DNA of 48,790 nucleotides from Acidobacteriota bacterium (GTDB lineage Bacteria; Acidobacteriota; Polarisedimenticolia; Gp22-AA2; AA152). The notes beneath the pieces were generated by a model. That model searched no databases. It saw only the letters and a list, made by a program, of their open reading frames with translations, and was not told the DNA's origin. Shown here piece after piece: positions 44,572 through 48,790 of this stretch. Every line of letters starts with the position of its first letter. Positions within the stretch are counted from its first letter, which is position 1. A program made the translations under genes and the position numbers. The stretch covers positions 1 to 48,790 of the forward strand of contig JAKEFJ010000048.1 of the NCBI GenBank assembly GCA_022616665.1, given 5' to 3'.

Positions 44572-45243
44572 ATGCCCGCCGTTGCGACCCGGAGGATTCG
44601 GGGAGTCGTCTTCGATCTCTGGAACACCCTCGCCTACAACGATCATCGGCCCAATCCAGTCATCGCCCTGGGTGAGGCCTTCGGCGTACGCGGACAGCCA
44701 GGATGGACCAAAATTCTCGAGCGGGGAATGATGCAGGAAAAGCTCACCGGAATCGAGGAGGGAATCGCCGCCATTTCCCGTCTCACCGGCAGGCGGCTCG
44801 ATCGCGGGACCGCGGATGAGCTGGCGCGCCTCTGGCGGGAGGCCTGCGCGCAGACCCGGCTGTTCCCCGAGGTCCCCGAGATCCTCGGCCGCCTGGCGCA
44901 GCGATTTCGCCTCGGACTCCTCTCCAACACCCAATCGTTCGACCTGGAATTCCCGGGCCTCTCCACTCTGCCCATCCACTCCCGGCTGTTTTCCTTCGAG
45001 ATGGGCGCCCTGAAGCCCGAAGCGGGCCTGTTCGTCCGGATGGCGCAGCAGCTGGAAATGCCGCCCCGCGAGGTGCTGATGGTCGGCGATAATTTTCAGG
45101 ATGATGTGCTGGGGGCGGAGGCGGTCGGGATGCAGGCCCTGCTGATTCGCCGCGGCGGCTCGCCGCTCTCCTTCCAGGAGACCCACCTCGATCGCGAGCC
45201 CCTGATAACCCTCCATCCGCTGCCCGAGCTGTTGGGCGATTAG
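44572..45243 (+). CDS. HAD-superfamily hydrolase
   Basis: VVFDLWNTL, LLSNT, LKP and MVGDNFQDDVLGA. Confidence 0.9.
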   Translation: MPAVATRRIRGVVFDLWNTLAYNDHRPNPVIALGEAFGVRGQPGWTKILERGMMQEKLTGIEEGIAAISRLTGRRLDRGTADELARLWREACAQTRLFPEVPEILGRLAQRFRLGLLSNTQSFDLEFPGLSTLPIHSRLFSFEMGALKPEAGLFVRMAQQLEMPPREVLMVGDNFQDDVLGAEAVGMQALLIRRGGSPLSFQETHLDREPLITLHPLPELLGD

Positions 45244-45257
45244 GCTCGCGCTCCGAC

Positions 45258-45626
45258 TCAGAAATCGGATCGAGACCTGCGCAGCTCGACGCCCACCGAC
45301 TCCACGATGCCATCCAGGACGGGTGTCTCCTTGCGGACGCGGATGAAGATCTCCTCCACGCTCACCTGCTCGAAGACAGTCGCGACAATCTTCCCCGCCA
45401 GAGCTTCGATGAGACGGAACGACTTCCCCCGGCCGATTTCCTGCACGATCCGGTGCACCTTGCGGTAATCCAGCGTGTCGGCGATGCGATCGGAGGCGAT
45501 GGCTTTCGAGTAGTCGAAGGTCAGCTCCAGGTCGATGGAGTAGCGCCCGCCCACTTCCCGCTCCATTCGCGTCAGTCCGTGGTAGCCGTGAAAGCGAATT
45601 CCCGAAAGCAGAATCTTCTCCCTCAT
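45258..45626 (-). CDS. folB: Dihydroneopterin aldolase
   Basis: FHGYHG..ERE..DTLDY..LIEALA..VRK. Start ATG 45626 by ATGA overlap. Confidence 0.93.
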   Translation of the reverse strand: MREKILLSGIRFHGYHGLTRMEREVGGRYSIDLELTFDYSKAIASDRIADTLDYRKVHRIVQEIGRGKSFRLIEALAGKIVATVFEQVSVEEIFIRVRKETPVLDGIVESVGVELRRSRSDF

Positions 45627-45967
45627 CGATTCTTCTCGTGTCCTTCGAAGGCTTTCCTGGTCGCCTCGTCCAGGGCGCTGCCGGCGTTGGGGGTGCAGGC
45701 ACAGTGCCCCCCCTTGTGAGTGGCCACGTGCCCGTGGCGGGAGCATTGCCCGTCACAGCCGCCGCAGAACCGATCGGTGCAGACCCAGCGCACGATCTTT
45801 GGGCCCTCCGACCCAGCTTGTTCCTTGTCCTTGGCAACCGGCGCGGCTTTCGGGGGGCTCGCGGGGGGATTTTCCGGCGGAGCCGTCTGGCTGAGAGCCA
45901 AGGCTCCCGCCAGTGAGACGGCCAGGAAAGCCAGCAGGAACAGGGAGCCTAACTGACGTGGGCGCAT
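45623..45967 (-). CDS. Small secreted Cys/His-rich protein
   Basis: Signal peptide, Pro-rich spacer, then CTDRFCGGCDGQCSRHGHVATHKGGHCAC. ATG 45967 with SD GGAG. Confidence 0.7.
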   Translation of the reverse strand: MRPRQLGSLFLLAFLAVSLAGALALSQTAPPENPPASPPKAAPVAKDKEQAGSEGPKIVRWVCTDRFCGGCDGQCSRHGHVATHKGGHCACTPNAGSALDEATRKAFEGHEKNR

Positions 45968-45992
45968 GCGAATCTCTCCCATGAAAAGGTCC

Positions 45993-47174
45993 TCATCCTC
46001 GGCCAACCTCCAGAGGGTTGTCAAGGTACTTCAAGCCGGTGCCCGTATTGAACAGCACCACCTTTTCCGTGCGCCGGATGACACCCGCCTGCAGCAGATG
46101 GCGCAGAGCGGCCACGCCGGCGCCACCCTCAGGGCAGGCCAGAACCCCCTCCAGGCGCGCCAGCAGGTCGGCCCCATCCGCCATTTCCTCCTCCGTAACG
46201 GCCGCCGCCGTCCCCCGGCTGCCGCGGATTCCCTTCAGGATGAGTCGATCCCCCAGCGGGCCGGGCACCCGCAATCCCCAGGCTCGGGTCACGGGGTTTT
46301 CCCAAAGAGAGGCCGCGTCCTCCCCCTGATCCAAGGCGCGGACGATGGGAGCGCACCCTGCCGCCTGGACCGCCACCATCCGTGGCCGCGCCGATCCGAT
46401 CCATCCCAACGCTTCCATCTCTTCAAATGCCTTCACCATGCCGATCAGTCCCGTTCCCCCGCCGGTCGGATAGAGGATCCAGTCGGGCAGGCTCCACTCC
46501 ATCTGCTCGGCGATCTCATAGCCCATGGTCTTTTTTCCCTCGATCCGGTACGGCTCTTTCAGCGTGGAAACGTCGAACCACCCCTTTCCGGCGCCTTGCT
46601 CCTTGAGAGCCAGGGCACAGTCCCTAATCGTCCCCTCCACCGCATGGACCGTGGAGCCGTAAGCCCGGGCTTCCTCAAAGAACAACGCGGGCGTATCCCG
46701 GGGCAAGAACACATGCACCGGGATTCCGGCCGCGGCGCCGTAGGCAGCAAGCGCCGAGCCTGCGTTTCCCGCCGACGGGATGGCCAGCTCCGGCGCGCCG
46801 CAATGCTTCGCCATGGTGACCGCCGCCGACAGGCCCCTGGCTTTGAACGAGCCGGTGGGATTTCCCCCTTCCTCCTTGATCCACAACTGCTCGAGGCCCA
46901 CCTCCCTACTCAGGCGACGGACGAGCAGTAGCGGCGTACCACCTTCGCCCAGCGTCACCGGCTCACCCGGGGGCATCACCTCCCGATAACGCCACATGTC
47001 CCAGGGACGATCCCGGAGAAGCCGGGTTGATACCTCACCCGGTGAGAGCCGGTATCGTGCCAGCAGCGGCGCGCCGCAATCGCACAGCCCTGCCAGCTCG
47101 TTCGCCGAACGGCGCCTGCCGCATCGGGAACACTCGAGATGATCGATTCGAGAGACTGGGTGAAGGCCCGGCAT
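45993..47174 (-). CDS. thrC: Threonine synthase
   Basis: N-terminal CSRC..CDC, TLGEGGTPL, NPTGSFKARG, SAGNAG, EGKKTMGYE and NTGTGLKY. Confidence 0.9.
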   Translation of the reverse strand: MPGLHPVSRIDHLECSRCGRRRSANELAGLCDCGAPLLARYRLSPGEVSTRLLRDRPWDMWRYREVMPPGEPVTLGEGGTPLLLVRRLSREVGLEQLWIKEEGGNPTGSFKARGLSAAVTMAKHCGAPELAIPSAGNAGSALAAYGAAAGIPVHVFLPRDTPALFFEEARAYGSTVHAVEGTIRDCALALKEQGAGKGWFDVSTLKEPYRIEGKKTMGYEIAEQMEWSLPDWILYPTGGGTGLIGMVKAFEEMEALGWIGSARPRMVAVQAAGCAPIVRALDQGEDAASLWENPVTRAWGLRVPGPLGDRLILKGIRGSRGTAAAVTEEEMADGADLLARLEGVLACPEGGAGVAALRHLLQAGVIRRTEKVVLFNTGTGLKYLDNPLEVGRG

Positions 47175-47188
47175 GGCGTTAGAGGCTC

Positions 47189-48289
47189 CTAGGGCCGCGA
47201 GGCGGCCCCCTCGGCGGGGACTTCCCGGGAGGAGTACCAGAGGGAAAGGGTCTGTTCAGCGGGCTTTCCCTGTGGCGTGAAATTGTTGTCATCGCCGCTC
47301 CTGGATGTGTCGTAGTGGGGATACCACTTCCAGATGTAAGCCCCCTTGAACCAGGGTTTCCTCCAAGTGGACCGGAACATCGCCTCGTAGCAACGCGCCT
47401 GTTGCTGGGGATTGACTCGGTCCTGTGTGTCCCAGAGCCAAGGCTGCACAGACGCCCTGTCCGAGCTCTTGTACCCCACCTCGGTGAAGACCACGCTGCG
47501 ATGGGTCCTCGAAGCCACGCGCTCCAGCATCGCCAGCGGCTGCGCCCAACCTGCCATCAGCTCCTCCAGCGTGGGGTCACTCTTCTGCGACAAAGGGAAG
47601 TAGGCCTGCACCCCGGTGAAATCCAGCGCGTCCCAGAATGGGATGGCTTCGAACTCGTGGTCCCAGTTTGCGGCATAGGTCAGCTTGCCGTGATAGACGG
47701 CGCGCACCTGCCGGATGATCTCGCGCCATTCCTTTTCGTGGCCCAGCGTCGCCCCCTGCAGCTCGGTGCCTACCGCCAGAGCTTCCATGCCGTTCTTTTC
47801 TGCCAGATTCGCGTAGTGGAGAATGAAGCTGCGATAGGAATCGAACCAAGCCTTCCAGTGATCGTCGCTCTTCATCTTGATCTCGCCCGTCCATACGGTG
47901 TCGTGCCATCCCGCAACCCAAAGGTGGGGCTTCAGGAGCGTGCGGATTCCGAAGCTGCGCGCCAGCAGCGCCGTTTCGGCCAGCCCGCGGTCGGTCTCGC
48001 CCCAGTAGATGTCGCCCTCGGTGACGATCTGGATCTGGGTGGAGTCTGCACTTTTCATCCAGCCAAAGGGGGTCTGGGAAATCCACTCCACGTTGCTTCG
48101 CACCAGCGGCCGGAACACCGACTCGTCGATGCGCCGGCCCGCCACCCAGCAGACTCCCCGCATCCTCTGATCCGAGGAGAAAAGATTCTGGACTCTTGGT
48201 GGGGGGCTGGGCGCAGCGGTCCGGGTGTCCGGGGGGCTTGCTCCGAGGCATAGGAAGACGGCGAGCAGCAGAGGAAGGACCGTCCTCAC
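47189..48289 (-). CDS. Secreted glycoside hydrolase family 113-like TIM barrel
   Basis: LLKPHLW, VGTEL, LTYAANWD, QAYFPL, FTEVGY and FTPQGKPAE. Confidence 0.85.
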   Translation of the reverse strand: MRTVLPLLLAVFLCLGASPPDTRTAAPSPPPRVQNLFSSDQRMRGVCWVAGRRIDESVFRPLVRSNVEWISQTPFGWMKSADSTQIQIVTEGDIYWGETDRGLAETALLARSFGIRTLLKPHLWVAGWHDTVWTGEIKMKSDDHWKAWFDSYRSFILHYANLAEKNGMEALAVGTELQGATLGHEKEWREIIRQVRAVYHGKLTYAANWDHEFEAIPFWDALDFTGVQAYFPLSQKSDPTLEELMAGWAQPLAMLERVASRTHRSVVFTEVGYKSSDRASVQPWLWDTQDRVNPQQQARCYEAMFRSTWRKPWFKGAYIWKWYPHYDTSRSGDDNNFTPQGKPAEQTLSLWYSSREVPAEGAASRP

Positions 48290-48790
48290 GGCCGATTCCG
48301 CCGGAACCGGACGCGGACGAAACGGCGCTTCCCAACCTTGATCAGGTGCTCACAGGGCGTGTCGGCTTTCAGCTCCAGGTCCGCCGATTCCACCCGCGTC
48401 CCGTCGAGCGTGACGCCTCCTTGACGGATGAGGCGCGTGGCCTCGCCATTGGACTTCGCGAGACCCGCCTTCACCAGGAGCTTGGGAAACCAGAGCGGAG
48501 CCGGCTCGCAGGAGAGCTCCACCTCCTCCACTTCGTCCGGCGCCTCTCTGGAGACGAAAATCCTCTCGAATTCCGCCTCGGCGGATAGGGCCTCGGCCGC
48601 CGAATGGAAATCAGCGATGATCCGTTTCGCCAGCTCTACCTTGGCCTTCTTGGGATGGAGCTGTCCGCTGGCGACGTCCTGCTTCATCCGGGAAATCTCA
48701 TCCAGGCTGGCGTCGGTGCACAGCTCGTAATAGCGCCACATGAGGTCATCCGAGATGGACAGGACCTTGCCGAAAATCTCCCGGGGCGGC
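48286..48790 (-). CDS. tyrS: Tyrosine--tRNA ligase, C-terminal part; 5' end is outside the window
   Basis: FGKVLSISDDLMWRYYEL..HPKKAK..SNGEATRLIRQGGV..KVGKRRF (S4 domain). Confidence 0.95.
   Translation of the reverse strand, partial: PPREIFGKVLSISDDLMWRYYELCTDASLDEISRMKQDVASGQLHPKKAKVELAKRIIADFHSAAEALSAEAEFERIFVSREAPDEVEEVELSCEPAPLWFPKLLVKAGLAKSNGEATRLIRQGGVTLDGTRVESADLELKADTPCEHLIKVGKRRFVRVRFRRNRP

Overview
GC-rich bacterial chromosomal segment from a diderm organism. The gene content (DUF4388 proteins, CxxxY-type CcmE, miaA-hfq, OPX plus beta-barrel) suggests an Acidobacteriota or deltaproteobacteria-like lineage, but this is inference. Left to right: (1) 1-12959, a tightly coupled minus-strand surface-glycan operon: short OPX/Wza, outer-membrane beta-barrel, excisionase-type HTH, NusG/RfaH paralog, degenerate methyltransferase-like protein, APH-like kinase, Wzx flippase, GT-C-like membrane protein, three GT2s (one fused to a methyltransferase), a NodB deacetylase, and a radical SAM gene that the ORF track missed. 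(2) A ~700-bp non-coding region with face-to-face sigma70-like promoters and hairpins. (3) recG, EamA transporter, DUF362, UbiA-family (DPPR-synthase-like) gene and a divergent GT2. (4) greA, an internally deleted homocysteine methyltransferase, a HEAT protein and xdhC. (5) An AT-rich structured intergenic element. (6) A ccmE-F-H-I-A-B-C-D cytochrome c maturation operon; ccmD is not in the ORF track. (7) LOG, lepB and nadB. (8) A DUF4388 / TPR-peptidase / DUF4388-J-TPR / Ser-Thr kinase cluster. (9) pgsA, hfq, miaA, a Zn-ribbon protein, a third DUF4388 gene and a SpoIID-SPOR protein. (10) HAD, folB, a small Cys/His-rich secreted protein, thrC, GH113 and partial tyrS. No tRNA, rRNA, CRISPR array or transposase was seen. 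All family calls are by motif recognition, without database searches. Start codons were refined by SD and overlap logic.
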